A DNA stretch of 64,000 nt from Candidatus Poribacteria bacterium. GTDB taxonomy: Bacteria > Poribacteria > WGA-4E > PCPOR2b. A model generated the notes under the pieces. The model saw nothing but the letters and a program-made list of their open reading frames with translations. It was not told the DNA's origin and made no database searches. The translations under genes were made by a program, and so were the position numbers. Position 1 is the stretch's first letter. Every line of letters starts with the position of its first letter. Below are positions 19,596 through 31,378 of the stretch, piece after piece. The stretch lies in NCBI GenBank assembly GCA_965218095.1, contig OZ244587.1, positions 4,352,001 through 4,416,000 of the forward strand. Reading direction: 5' to 3'.

Positions 19596-21236
19596 CTACT
19601 CGAAGCGGGACCTGCGGGGCTCCATGTTAGAGTGCACATCTATCAGCACTGTTCGTCCTTCAGCGTTCAGTTGCTGCGCCTGCTGAAGGGCAGGAACCAT
19701 TTCGGTCGGTTGGGTGACCGTGATGCCGACAGCACCCATGCCTTCGGCTATCTTGGCGTAGTCGCCCATCATCTCGGTTGTACCAAACTGCTTGCGGGCG
19801 GTGGGATAGCCGCCCGGATAGGTCGCCATGCCACCGTTGTTGAGAACGATGGTGGTAATTGGCACGCCGGCGCGAACAGAGGTCTCAATGTCCAGACCAG
19901 ACATACCGAAGGCCCCGTCGCCCATGAAGTTCAGGCAGAATTTGTTGGGCTTTGCTACCTTCGCGCCGATCATCAGCGGGATGCCGAAGCCGAGGTGGGT
20001 AGTCTTGCCCCATCCGATGTAGCTGTGGGGAACCGTTGCGGGATAAAAGGGCAGGATGCAGTCACGTGGTGCGCCAGCATCATGGGTAACAATGCTGTTC
20101 TCTAGGTCGAGGGTCTTGATGATGTCCCCAATCACACGGTATGTGTTGAGGGGCACCTCGTCAGAAGTCAGCAGAGGGGCCCACTCTTTCAGCCAGCGCT
20201 TTTTGACTTCGGCGATCTCTTCTGCGACTCTGGTCTGGCCTTTGCGTCCATTCGCGCCGAGTTGGGCTTTGACCTCCTCGATCATGGACTGCAATGTCAG
20301 CCTGGCATCGCCCGGCAGTCCAACGTCAACCGAGAAGTCTTTGTTGATGTCTTCTATGCTCTCGACGTTGTGGATGATGACCTTGTTATCTGGAATGGGC
20401 TGGCTATAGGTGGTGCGGGTCATGCTAGAGCCGACGGCAAACAGCACGTCCGACTTCTGTATCCACCGCCGGGCGGGCAGGGTAGTCGCGCCACTGCCTG
20501 CACCAACGGAGAGAGGATGCCGCTCATCGAAGGCGGACTTGCCGGGCATGGTGCAATACACCGGTATCTCAGTCAATTCGGCAAATTCTTTAAGCGCCTC
20601 GGTCGCGCCGGAGAATAGCACACCCATGCCGGACCAGATGAGGGGCTTGTTGGCGTTGAGCAGGAGCTTGACGGCGTCCTTGACATCGCTGGTAGCCGGA
20701 ACTTGAAGCGCTCGCTTCGGTGGCTTGTAGTTCAGGGCATCGTCCGGAACTTCCTGAAGCCCGACATCATCAGGTATCTCAACGATGACGGGGCCAGGAC
20801 GTCCGTTGCGGAGGTGGTGGAAAGCCCGTCGCATGACGTTAGAAACCTGGCTGGGCTCCGTAATGACCTCGCCATACGTCGAGACAGTATGATATGTGCG
20901 AACGGCGGAGAAATTGGGCGAGATGGCATACCGGTCGAGCCGGGGCCCTCCTGGCACGAACAGAATGGGGCTGTTGTCCGAGAAAGCTTGCGCAATGCCG
21001 CCCATAGCGTTCTCGGCGCCGGGCCCACTTTGGGTGAGGATGACGCCGAACTTGTTACGGTCGTTCACGCGGGTGTATCCGTCGGCGGCCATAACAGCCC
21101 CACGCTCATGGCGGAACATGGTAGAACGAATGCCTTCGTGGGCAGCCTGCTCGATGAGCTGGTTGGATGGGAAACACGCTATCCATTCGACGCCTTCGGT
21201 TTTCAAGATTCGCGCCACGGCTTGCGTTGTGTTCAT
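19596..21236 (-). CDS. Thiamine-diphosphate-dependent enzyme (acetolactate synthase-like family)
   Basis: RHERGAVMAADGY, GPGAEN, GRPGPV and the ThDP motif GDGAFGM...VLNN. Confidence 0.93.
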   Translation of the reverse strand: MNTTQAVARILKTEGVEWIACFPSNQLIEQAAHEGIRSTMFRHERGAVMAADGYTRVNDRNKFGVILTQSGPGAENAMGGIAQAFSDNSPILFVPGGPRLDRYAISPNFSAVRTYHTVSTYGEVITEPSQVSNVMRRAFHHLRNGRPGPVIVEIPDDVGLQEVPDDALNYKPPKRALQVPATSDVKDAVKLLLNANKPLIWSGMGVLFSGATEALKEFAELTEIPVYCTMPGKSAFDERHPLSVGAGSGATTLPARRWIQKSDVLFAVGSSMTRTTYSQPIPDNKVIIHNVESIEDINKDFSVDVGLPGDARLTLQSMIEEVKAQLGANGRKGQTRVAEEIAEVKKRWLKEWAPLLTSDEVPLNTYRVIGDIIKTLDLENSIVTHDAGAPRDCILPFYPATVPHSYIGWGKTTHLGFGIPLMIGAKVAKPNKFCLNFMGDGAFGMSGLDIETSVRAGVPITTIVLNNGGMATYPGGYPTARKQFGTTEMMGDYAKIAEGMGAVGITVTQPTEMVPALQQAQQLNAEGRTVLIDVHSNMEPRRSRFE

Positions 21237-21549
21237 CTGGAATCCTCCTTTGGTTTTTGAATCCTGATCTCCTCTCGATTGAAAAATCGGTCACGCTAAA
21301 ATTTGATATACGATAACATAGCACACTGTTAAATTAGTCTTAACAAGTCACTCACTACTCGCTTGGATTTGCCAATCCACAGCGGGCAGGGTTATCAGGA
21401 TTTATTTCACAGTGTAATAGTTCTGTGACGAAATCAACAGATTTATAACACTACCCGGCTTGGCTAATCAGCGCCTACAACTGCACCGTTGCGCGATAAG
21501 AGGGAGCGAACGCTTCGCTCAAGCAGCGACGATTGTAGGCCTTTGTCTG

Positions 21550-22587
21550 TCAATCCGCACCAACGCCTTTAAGGGTGAGGCTCCCAGCCAGGTGACAGGC
21601 GACGTAGCGCCCACTAGATCCGTCAATAGGCGCTAGAGGCGGTTCCTCCTGCCGGCATATTTTCTCTGCATATCGGCAGCGGGTATGGAATCGACACCCC
21701 GTGGGTGGATTCGCCGGACTGGGAACGTCGCCTTCAAGGACGATTCTCGATCTGCTGCGCCCCCGACCGGACGCATGGTAGGAGGGGATGGCCGAGAGCA
21801 ACCCTTCGGTATATGGGTGCCGGGGACGGCGGAAGAGCGCCTGAACTTCGCCGAATTCTACCACTTGCCCCAGGTACATTACCCCCATCCGATCGCTCAG
21901 GTGTTGCACGACGGAAAGATCATGTGAGATGAACAGGTACGTCAGATGCCTCTCCTGCTGTAGCTTTCTCAGCAGGTTGATAATCTGGGCCTGGACCGAA
22001 ACATCCAGGGCTGAAACCGGCTCATCGCAAACAATGAACTCCGGATCCAGACTCAAGGCTCGGGCAATGGCAATGCGCTGCCGCTGGCCACCGCTGAACG
22101 CATGCGGATAGCGGTGCAGATAGCCGCTGGACAGACCCACAGACTCGAGCAACGCTACGACCTTATCCCGCCTGTCCGGAATCTGGTGGATTTGCATGTA
22201 CTCGTCAACGATGTCTCCAACCGACATTCTGGGGTTGAGAGACGAATTCGGATCCTGAAAGATAACTTGCATGCGCCGCCTGATGTTAAACATTTCCGCA
22301 GTATCCAGTTCAAAGAGGTTTGCCATCTTGTCATCTACCCTGTACTCCACTTGGCCGTCGGTGGCTGGAATCAGCCGCAGGATTGTCCGGCCCAGGGTCG
22401 TCTTGCCACAACCGCTTTCGCCCACCAGCCCCACAGTCTCCCCCCGGCGAATCGAAAGGCTCACGCCATCCACCGCCTTGACGTGGCCCACCACCCGTCG
22501 CCAGAAGCCTTTCTTGATCGGAAACCATGTTTTCACATCCGCGATCTGTACCAAGACATCTTCGTTATTGCCTTTTTCCGCTATCAT
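21550..22587 (-). CDS. Oligopeptide/dipeptide-type ABC transporter ATP-binding subunit (OppF/DppF-like)
   Basis: GESGCGKTT, FSGGQRQR, CDEPVSALD, HPYT and the C-terminal GCRFHTRC. Confidence 0.95.
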   Translation of the reverse strand: MIAEKGNNEDVLVQIADVKTWFPIKKGFWRRVVGHVKAVDGVSLSIRRGETVGLVGESGCGKTTLGRTILRLIPATDGQVEYRVDDKMANLFELDTAEMFNIRRRMQVIFQDPNSSLNPRMSVGDIVDEYMQIHQIPDRRDKVVALLESVGLSSGYLHRYPHAFSGGQRQRIAIARALSLDPEFIVCDEPVSALDVSVQAQIINLLRKLQQERHLTYLFISHDLSVVQHLSDRMGVMYLGQVVEFGEVQALFRRPRHPYTEGLLSAIPSYHASGRGRSRSRIVLEGDVPSPANPPTGCRFHTRCRYAEKICRQEEPPLAPIDGSSGRYVACHLAGSLTLKGVGAD

Positions 22588-22592
22588 TGCGC

Positions 22593-23654
<1,062 letters not shown>

Positions 23655-23686
23655 TCTTTCTTCCTTTCCTTCCTTCCGCCCCAAAA

Positions 23687-24811
23687 TCAACGGTAGGGAT
23701 CGGCTGCATCCCGCAGTCCATCCCCAACGAAGTTAAAACAAAGGACGGTCATGACGATGAATATGCCAGGGATTAGAATCCACGGCGCAGTGATGATCGT
23801 TCCCACATTCTGGGCATTTTGTATGAGTAGTCCCCAACTGGTCATTGGCGGTCGAATACCCAGCCCCAAGAAGCTCATAGCGCTTTCCGCCAGGATCATG
23901 CCCGGGAGCGCCAGGGTCGCTACCACGATGAGGTGGCTAAGCGTATTGGGAATAATGTGCTTAAACATGATGTGGACATGACTGCCGCCTCCCCCCTTGG
24001 CCGCCATGACAAAGTCCCGTTCCCTGATGCTGAGCACCTGACCGCGGATCTGTCGCGCCAGGCCCGTCCAACCGATGAGCGCCAGTATCGTGACAATCCC
24101 CCAGTAGGTATAAGTCGAAGGCCAATCTCGAGGCAGTATCGCCGATAGAGACAACCACAGCGGCAAGGTGGGAATAGCGCTGATAATCTCGATCATTCTC
24201 TGGATGATTATGTCCACTACCCCACCAAAGTATCCCGATATCGTTCCCAGAATCGCGCCCAGTACGATGCTCAGAAGAACGCCAAACAAACCAATACTCA
24301 TGGTGATGCGGCCCCCATGGATAATGCGGGTCAGCAGGTCCCGCCCACGATAGTCCGTGCCTAAAAGTGCAATCGTACCACCATCATCCACGCCAAACAG
24401 CCTGATCCCCTGCTCGTCTCGATCCGGACCGTGGAGCGCCTTCGGGCGCCTAACGAAGATGCGAATCGGATATAGACGGTCTTTATCCTCAATGTATACC
24501 CTTTGGAGTTTCTCCAGATCCATCTCCGATTTCATGCCATACATGAATGGCATGAGATGCAACTTGCCCTGGTGATCGAAGAAATGAATCCTTTGGGGAG
24601 GCATGTGAATGTGTGGCAGTGTCTCGGCAGGCAAGTACGGGGCGAAGAACCCGGCAAAAATAACCATAACGTAGACAAAGGCAAGAATCGCCATTGCTGT
24701 TATGGCTAACTTGTGCCGTTTGAATTTTCGCCAGGCCAAACCCCAGGCCGTCACGACCTCTGCTTTCTCAGAATCAGAGGCATTATTTCGGGTGAATATT
24801 CTCATGGGCAT
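23687..24811 (-). CDS. ABC transporter permease (OppC/DppC-like)
   Basis: LLGTDYRGRD, KHIIPN, ESAMSFLGLG...SWG and GDGLRDAADP. Confidence 0.95.
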   Translation of the reverse strand: MPMRIFTRNNASDSEKAEVVTAWGLAWRKFKRHKLAITAMAILAFVYVMVIFAGFFAPYLPAETLPHIHMPPQRIHFFDHQGKLHLMPFMYGMKSEMDLEKLQRVYIEDKDRLYPIRIFVRRPKALHGPDRDEQGIRLFGVDDGGTIALLGTDYRGRDLLTRIIHGGRITMSIGLFGVLLSIVLGAILGTISGYFGGVVDIIIQRMIEIISAIPTLPLWLSLSAILPRDWPSTYTYWGIVTILALIGWTGLARQIRGQVLSIRERDFVMAAKGGGGSHVHIMFKHIIPNTLSHLIVVATLALPGMILAESAMSFLGLGIRPPMTSWGLLIQNAQNVGTIITAPWILIPGIFIVMTVLCFNFVGDGLRDAADPYR

Positions 24812-24825
24812 TGGCTCCTATTCAC

Positions 24826-25833
24826 TTACTCGTACGAAATCGTTGGATCAATCCGGATCAGGGCAATGTCAGCCAGCAGGTTGCCGATCTGCAGCAACAC
24901 GGCCAGCATCACAAGGAAACTGCCTGCCAGGTAGGTGTCCTGGTACATCAAGGCATCATAAAAGGTTTTGCCAGCCGTGGGCAAACCGAGAACAATACTG
25001 ACGATAATCTCCCCGGCGATTAGGGTTGGCAGTGACGATCCGATGCTCATGATGAGCGGATGCAGAGAGTTCCTCAAGGCATGGCGGTAGATGACGATCC
25101 GTTCCGCCTGTCCTTTGGCTCTGGCTGTCTGGACATAGGGTTGTCCGAGTACGTCAAGCAGATTGCCGCGCACAATCCTGATATTCGAGGCCGCACCGGC
25201 AATCCCGACAATTAGCACTGGAATCCAAAGATGGCTCAACAAGTCCAGCAGCTTATCCCAACTCCAGGGTGCAGCAACATACTCCGCCGAAAACAGCCCG
25301 CCCACCTGGCCCTGGAAAACAAACACCACCATTGTCATCAGCAGCAGTGCAAGAAAGAAACTCGGAACTGCTAATCCGATGTAAGAGATAAAGGTGGCGA
25401 CGTAATCGACGATTCCGTACTGATGCGTCGCCGCATAAACCCCAACCACAAAGCCGACCAACAACGAGAAAAGCATGCTACAGCTTGTTATGGCGAGCGT
25501 CCATCCAAGTTTTTCCCAAATGATTGTGGACACCGGTCGCATGACCATGTAGGCATAGCCAAAGTCGCCTCGCGTGATGATTCCAAACAACCAGGTGAAA
25601 TACCGCTGCAATATCGGCTTGTCCAGACCATATAGCGCCCGCATCTCGTCCAGGAATTCCAGTTGCGCTTGAATGGCTTCCTGCGTCATTTGACTACTCA
25701 TACTCATAATCCGGGTTTTGTAAATGGATACGAAGTCCCCGGGAGCGAGGTCTATCACAAGAAAGCACATGATGGAAAGGATTAACGTCACCGGAATCAT
25801 GTGCAGCAATCGTTTGATAATGTATGAAACCAT
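24826..25833 (-). CDS. ABC transporter permease (OppB/DppB-like)
   Basis: YIIKRLL, PGD, YGLDKP, GDFG, TARAKG...HALRN and IDP.I. Confidence 0.95.
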   Translation of the reverse strand: MVSYIIKRLLHMIPVTLILSIMCFLVIDLAPGDFVSIYKTRIMSMSSQMTQEAIQAQLEFLDEMRALYGLDKPILQRYFTWLFGIITRGDFGYAYMVMRPVSTIIWEKLGWTLAITSCSMLFSLLVGFVVGVYAATHQYGIVDYVATFISYIGLAVPSFFLALLLMTMVVFVFQGQVGGLFSAEYVAAPWSWDKLLDLLSHLWIPVLIVGIAGAASNIRIVRGNLLDVLGQPYVQTARAKGQAERIVIYRHALRNSLHPLIMSIGSSLPTLIAGEIIVSIVLGLPTAGKTFYDALMYQDTYLAGSFLVMLAVLLQIGNLLADIALIRIDPTISYE

Positions 25834-26288
25834 AGGGATCCTCTTTTCCTAACTTCTCGCGTAACAGTTCAGACTCTCAGTGCAGCAACTACGAGAGATA
25901 ATCGCACCGTAAAAGGCTTTCTTCGCTAATTCTCAATTGTCTCCCTAAGTCATGTCACTTATGTCGCTGCCACGAGACTCATAGGCAAAATGACAGGGAG
26001 GTGGCGAATTTTGTTCCACTATTGTACCACAATTTGTGGCAAGATTCCAAGTCGTGCGCTAACGTCATGTAAAACTGACGATTGAATATTGACCCACGAC
26101 CCAAGGAGTTGAGTCATTCTCCCCCAGCTCCGGTGCGAAGCACCGAGAGTCCTCGACCTTCGGTCGGGACATTGGGGGCCGGAGGGCAAGCAAAGACCCT
26201 GAACTAAAGTTCGGGCTGAAAGCTAAAGTCACAGGCGCCAGCGGGATTACCGAAATAAATTCTGAAACGCCACCGAGTGTCGGCTTTG

Positions 26289-28286
26289 TCACTTTATCTT
26301 ATACCATTCCCAGACACGGTGATGCACAAAACTGGTCCAACTGTAGGAAATACGCGGGCCCTTGTGCTGGCTGAGGTGCGGGTGATACACCCGTGGGTTG
26401 TTGCCGATGTCCTTTCGGAAGACCGTAAACGCCTTGTAGCCCCCCATCGGGATTGCCCCTCGCCACGCATCCCGCCCAATAAGGTCAGCAATTTGCCGAA
26501 GGGCAGTTTTCTCCTCAATCTCACCTGCCTCGTAGTCATCGACGATGCGGAGCCACTCCACCTGCCAGGGAAGGGGATGCGTCGCGCCGGTTTTTCGCTG
26601 AAAATGGGGCAGATTACTCGGCATCACCGGCAGCACATGGGCGGGCAGTCTGTTCCGCTCCAGAAAATACATCGGCCCGTGCCCAAAGCCGGGGAATTTA
26701 ATGTACATATCGAAATCTCCGGGGTCGGTGATAATATCCGTCATGAGCTGCTCATTCATCGCGTCAATTTTGGCATCGAAGCCCATGCTTCTCAACTGCT
26801 CGACGAGGTCTTCCCCGATCCGGACGCGGCTGACATCGTGAACCGCGACCACAATCGTGAAACCCACCGGTTTGCCTGCTCTGGGGGTCCCGGGCGGGAA
26901 TTCTCTCCAACCATCGCCATCGGTGTCAACCACGCCAATCTCCTCCAGCATTTTTAGCCCCAGGTCCCGATCGTCCTTCAACTCGTACTTCGCTGCAATC
27001 TCTGGGAACCGCTCCTTCAGGACGTCCGGCAGCGGAGACCTATCGGCGACCATCACCGGCGCGGTTCGCTCTGCCATCCGGTCTCGGTCCATAATTAGGC
27101 TGAGTGCCTCCTGGAACCTGGGATGGGTGAACAGCCACCGCAGGCTTTCATCCGGATGATCGAAATTCAGCCACAGGGCATAGAACCGACTGACCTCGGG
27201 AAACAGGAGTAACCGGATATTGGCTCGTGCCTCATTTTGCTTGATGAGCCCTAACTCCATCATACTATAGAAGCCACTCAGATCGGCGGCGATCTCTCCT
27301 GAGATGAGCCCCAGCGCCACCTCGCTTCCACTGGTACTCAGCTTAAATAAGAATCGGTCAAAATAGGGCAACTGCTGCCCCCGACGGTCTACTTTCCAGT
27401 AATAAGGGTTGCGTTCACAGACCAGCTTGTCGCCAAGGGCCCCAACCGTAATCCACGGAGCGAGCACCGCTGGTCTCTGGTTGGGCTTGGGCATCCGCGC
27501 CCCCTGCCAATCGGCGAGGGTCGCTTCGGGATTGTATTTGGGGTGGACCTTTACCATTTCATGTTTCGGCAGAATGTGGAACCCCGTCGTCACCCCGGGG
27601 GCAAACAGGTCCTCAATCAGGGTGGGATACGGTTGGGTCATGACGATCTTGAAGGTATAATCATCAATTTTCACCATCTCGGTGTCGCCGCCGGTGGCAA
27701 GAAGGCGTCGGATTCCGGTACTTTGCAGGTTAACCAACTCGTCATTGCGGATGACATCGTAGTACGTGAACAGAATGTCGTCGATGGTGAACGGCATGCC
27801 GTCAGACCACTTGACCCCCGGACGGAGATGAAAGGTAATCACTTTCCCGTCGTCGGAGAACTCCCAGCTTTCCGCCAGGTCTGGCTCCAGGATGGGCTCT
27901 TCATCAAGGCTCCAAACTGCCAGGCTCTGAAAGAATCCGAGTTGCGTTCCGTTCCGCTGACCAAGATGATACATATTCATCGGATAATCAATTCCCCCGA
28001 AGATGTTGTGAGCTAGGACGTCGCTGTAAGACCCAATCTCGGGGGCTTTTGAAACCACGGGTTTGGCGGGAAGACGCTGTTCAACGGGTGGAAGTTTGCC
28101 GGCCTGAACCCATTTGGCGAGCATGGGGGCTTCGCTAAACTGCGTGATCGCCTCAACTGTCGCTGGCTCCGCCGGTGGAGGGGAATCCGACGTCGGTTGG
28201 TCGCAGCCCGACAGCACGAACGCCACTATCACAATGCTGTTGCATAGCAGCATCGGCCAGAGGAAGTGAGCAAGATTGGACTTCAT
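26289..28286 (-). CDS. Family-5 ABC substrate-binding lipoprotein, paralogue 1
   Basis: Lipobox LSGC, EAPML...GKLPPVEQRLP, PDLAESWE, KWSDG.PFT.DD and ERNPYYWKVD..GQQLPY. This subtype includes oligosaccharide binders. Confidence 0.93.
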   Translation of the reverse strand: MKSNLAHFLWPMLLCNSIVIVAFVLSGCDQPTSDSPPPAEPATVEAITQFSEAPMLAKWVQAGKLPPVEQRLPAKPVVSKAPEIGSYSDVLAHNIFGGIDYPMNMYHLGQRNGTQLGFFQSLAVWSLDEEPILEPDLAESWEFSDDGKVITFHLRPGVKWSDGMPFTIDDILFTYYDVIRNDELVNLQSTGIRRLLATGGDTEMVKIDDYTFKIVMTQPYPTLIEDLFAPGVTTGFHILPKHEMVKVHPKYNPEATLADWQGARMPKPNQRPAVLAPWITVGALGDKLVCERNPYYWKVDRRGQQLPYFDRFLFKLSTSGSEVALGLISGEIAADLSGFYSMMELGLIKQNEARANIRLLLFPEVSRFYALWLNFDHPDESLRWLFTHPRFQEALSLIMDRDRMAERTAPVMVADRSPLPDVLKERFPEIAAKYELKDDRDLGLKMLEEIGVVDTDGDGWREFPPGTPRAGKPVGFTIVVAVHDVSRVRIGEDLVEQLRSMGFDAKIDAMNEQLMTDIITDPGDFDMYIKFPGFGHGPMYFLERNRLPAHVLPVMPSNLPHFQRKTGATHPLPWQVEWLRIVDDYEAGEIEEKTALRQIADLIGRDAWRGAIPMGGYKAFTVFRKDIGNNPRVYHPHLSQHKGPRISYSWTSFVHHRVWEWYKIK

Positions 28287-28939
28287 AGAATGCTTTGCGG
28301 CAGAAAGGGAGCCACGACTCCTCTCGTTTTTGGGACGTCGGACGAAATATGACAGTAAACAGCGGAAGTTACATTTCTTCAGAATAAATGCCTATCATCA
28401 TCTGGTTACATCAAATTAACCGGCAAATATTCTGTAAAGACCTAATGTATGGAACATTAGTCGGCGAATCCATACATGTTCAGTCTAAATTCAATCCACT
28501 TTCGGCGAGGGCTAATAAGACACGCAGCCATGTGATATTAAGAACTGTACCCGGATAGATTTGTTGATTGTTTTGGGCGGTTAATTCTTTCAAGATTTTC
28601 AAAGTCTCACTTTTTAATTGAGGAATGTCTGAACTTTTTGATTATAAAATCTTCGTAAGTATCATTCACAATTTCCCCTAGCCAGGGGGAAAGTTGAGGG
28701 GTGTCGTGAATCGAATTCCAGATACCTGTAATGACATCGTCTCCAAATTCAACCCTGGTTTCTGAATTGCCAGTTAGACACTCATTTTCCGCTAACACAT
28801 CAGATAAAAGGGATTCCCACCGGTTCTTTCTCGTTCATTGTCTCCTCCTCCTTTTTTCAGTCGCGAATTTCCGTGGAGAATGGCCCATCCCCTTTTGCAA
28901 CTCAGTGAATTTTCGTTATCCATCTCTGTTTATACCTGC

Positions 28940-30934
28940 TCACTTCATCTTATACCATTCCCAGATACGCTGATGCACAAAACCAGTCCAACTGTAGGAA
29001 ATATGCGGACCCTTGTGCTGGCTGAGGTACGGGTGATACACCCGCGGGTTGTTGCCGATGTCCTTCCGGAAGACCGTAAACGCTCTAACGCCTCCCATCG
29101 GGATTGTCCCTCGCCAGCCATCCCGCCCAATAAGGTCGGCAATTTGCCGGAGCGCGATTTCCTCCTCAATCACCCCCGCCTCGTAGTCATCCACAAGACG
29201 GAGCCATTCTACCTGCCAGGGGAGGGGATGGGTCACGCCGGTTTTCCGCTGGAACGAAGGCAGGTTATGCGGCATCACGGGCAGCACATCGACGGAAAGT
29301 CTGTCCCGGTCCAGACAATACATTATCGGGTGCCCGAAGCCGGGGGCTTTAATGTACATATCGAAGTCCCCGGGGCCGGTAATGGTGTCGTTCATGAGTT
29401 GCTCGTTCAGCGCGTCAACTTTGGCGTCGAAACCCAGTGATCTCAACTGCTCGACGAGGTCTTCCCCGCTTCGGACACGGCTGATATCGTGAACCGCGAC
29501 CACAATCGTGAAACCCACCGGTTTGCCCGCTTTGGGGACGCCGGGCGGGAATTCTCTCCAGCCATCACCGTCGGTGTCAACGACCCCAATCTCCTCCAGC
29601 AGCTTGAGCCCCAGAAACCGGTCCTCCTTCAACTCGTATTTCGTAGCGAGCTCTGGGAACCGCTCTTTCAGGGTGTCGGGCAGCGGGGACCTATCGGCGA
29701 CCACCACCGGTGCTGTTCGCTCCGCCATCTGGTCTCTGTCCATAATCAAGCTGAGGGCTTCTTGAAACTTAGGATTCGTGAACAGCCACCGCAGACTTTC
29801 GTCGGAATGATCGAAATTCAGCCACAGGGCATGGATGCGATTGACTTCGGGAAAGATGAGTACCTTGAGATTGGCTCGCGTCTCATTTTGCTTAACGAGC
29901 CCCACCTCCATCATACACGCGCCGCCTATATCGGCAGTGATCTCTCCTGAGATGAGCCCCAGCGCTACCTCGCTTCCACTGGTACTCAGCTTAAATAAGA
30001 ATCGGTCAAAATAGGGCAACTGCTGTCCCCGACGGTCCACTTTCCAGTAGTAAGGGTTGCGTTCGCATACCAGCTTGTCGCCAAGGATCCCAACCGTAAT
30101 CCATGGGGCAAGCACCGCCGGTCTCTGCTTGGGTTTGGGCATCCGCGCCCCCTGCCAGTCGGCTGGAGTCGCTTTGGGATTATATTTGGGGTGGACCTTT
30201 ACCATTTCATGTTTCGGCAGAATGTGGAACCCCGTCGTCACCCCGGGAGCAAACAGGTCTTCAATCAGGGTGAGATACGGTTGGGTCATGACGATCTTGA
30301 AAGTATAGTCGTTGATTTTCACCATCTCGGTGTCGCCGCCGGTGGCAAGAAGGCGTCGGATTCCGGTACTTTGCGGGTTGACCAAATCGTCATTGAGAAC
30401 CACGTCATAGTAAGTGAACAAGATATCGTCAACGGTAAACGGCACGCCGTCAGACCACTTGACCCCCGAACGGAGATAAACCGTAATCACTTTCCCATCA
30501 TCAGAGAACTCCCAGCTCTCCGCCAGGTCCGGCTCCAGCACAAGCTCTTTCTCGAGGCTCCAAATCGCCAAGCTCTGAAAGAATGTGTATTGCGTTCTGT
30601 TCGCCTGGCCAACAAGATACATATTCATCGGATAATCAATTCCCACGAAGATGTTGTGAGCTAGGACGTCGCTGTAAGCGCCAATCTCGGGGGCTTTTGA
30701 GACGACGGGTTTGACGGGGAGACGCTCCTCGACGGGCGGGAGCTTGCCGGCCTGAACCCGTTCGGCGAGCATGGGGGCTTCGCTAAACTGAGTAATCGCC
30801 TCGACTCTGGCCGGCTCCGCTGGTGGAGGGGCTTCTGTCGTTGGTTGGTCACAGCCCGACAACACAAACGCCACTATCACGATGCTGTTGTATAGCAGCA
30901 TCGGCCAAAGGAAGTGAGCAAGATTGGACTTCAT
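28940..30934 (-). CDS. Family-5 ABC substrate-binding lipoprotein, paralogue 2
   Basis: Same motifs as paralogue 1. The start could lie up to 30973. Confidence 0.93.
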   Translation of the reverse strand: MKSNLAHFLWPMLLYNSIVIVAFVLSGCDQPTTEAPPPAEPARVEAITQFSEAPMLAERVQAGKLPPVEERLPVKPVVSKAPEIGAYSDVLAHNIFVGIDYPMNMYLVGQANRTQYTFFQSLAIWSLEKELVLEPDLAESWEFSDDGKVITVYLRSGVKWSDGVPFTVDDILFTYYDVVLNDDLVNPQSTGIRRLLATGGDTEMVKINDYTFKIVMTQPYLTLIEDLFAPGVTTGFHILPKHEMVKVHPKYNPKATPADWQGARMPKPKQRPAVLAPWITVGILGDKLVCERNPYYWKVDRRGQQLPYFDRFLFKLSTSGSEVALGLISGEITADIGGACMMEVGLVKQNETRANLKVLIFPEVNRIHALWLNFDHSDESLRWLFTNPKFQEALSLIMDRDQMAERTAPVVVADRSPLPDTLKERFPELATKYELKEDRFLGLKLLEEIGVVDTDGDGWREFPPGVPKAGKPVGFTIVVAVHDISRVRSGEDLVEQLRSLGFDAKVDALNEQLMNDTITGPGDFDMYIKAPGFGHPIMYCLDRDRLSVDVLPVMPHNLPSFQRKTGVTHPLPWQVEWLRLVDDYEAGVIEEEIALRQIADLIGRDGWRGTIPMGGVRAFTVFRKDIGNNPRVYHPYLSQHKGPHISYSWTGFVHQRIWEWYKMK

Positions 30935-31378
30935 AGAATTCTTCTCAGCGGAAATTGCTTGCATTCCGATCATATTCCCCTCATTTGAAAATTACTTAAT
31001 GCTTTGTTACCTTTGGTTTGACAAGTAAAGTAAGCAGTGCGCGTCCGATTTACCAGCGTCAACCTGTCCTTGCAGGGTTGGCAACAAATACCCGACAGCC
31101 TGGGCTGATATGCCTTCCTGCGATTGGCAGATGTCCAATTTCAGCCCAACGGGGTTGTCAACCCTGCATCATTGTGGGGATTAACAGATGTTTAACCCGA
31201 AATTACCTTAAGCGGAGAACACAGTTGGCATCAGGTGGGAAGCCACGATTGGTTCGACGGGTTTGTGAATCGTGCTAAGCCGCGTCACGCCTGCAATCAC
31301 GCGCATATATTGCCATGACTATGTCCTTGTTGAGGAATCCCCGAACAAGCTCGAGCGCCCAACTTTCCAGACAGGCTC

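Noticed and set aside
28330-28930. AT-rich spacer between SBP1 and SBP2 as an sRNA or gene
   Set aside because: Only broken reading frames are present and I found no recognisable RNA or protein motif. It is probably a decayed gene remnant.
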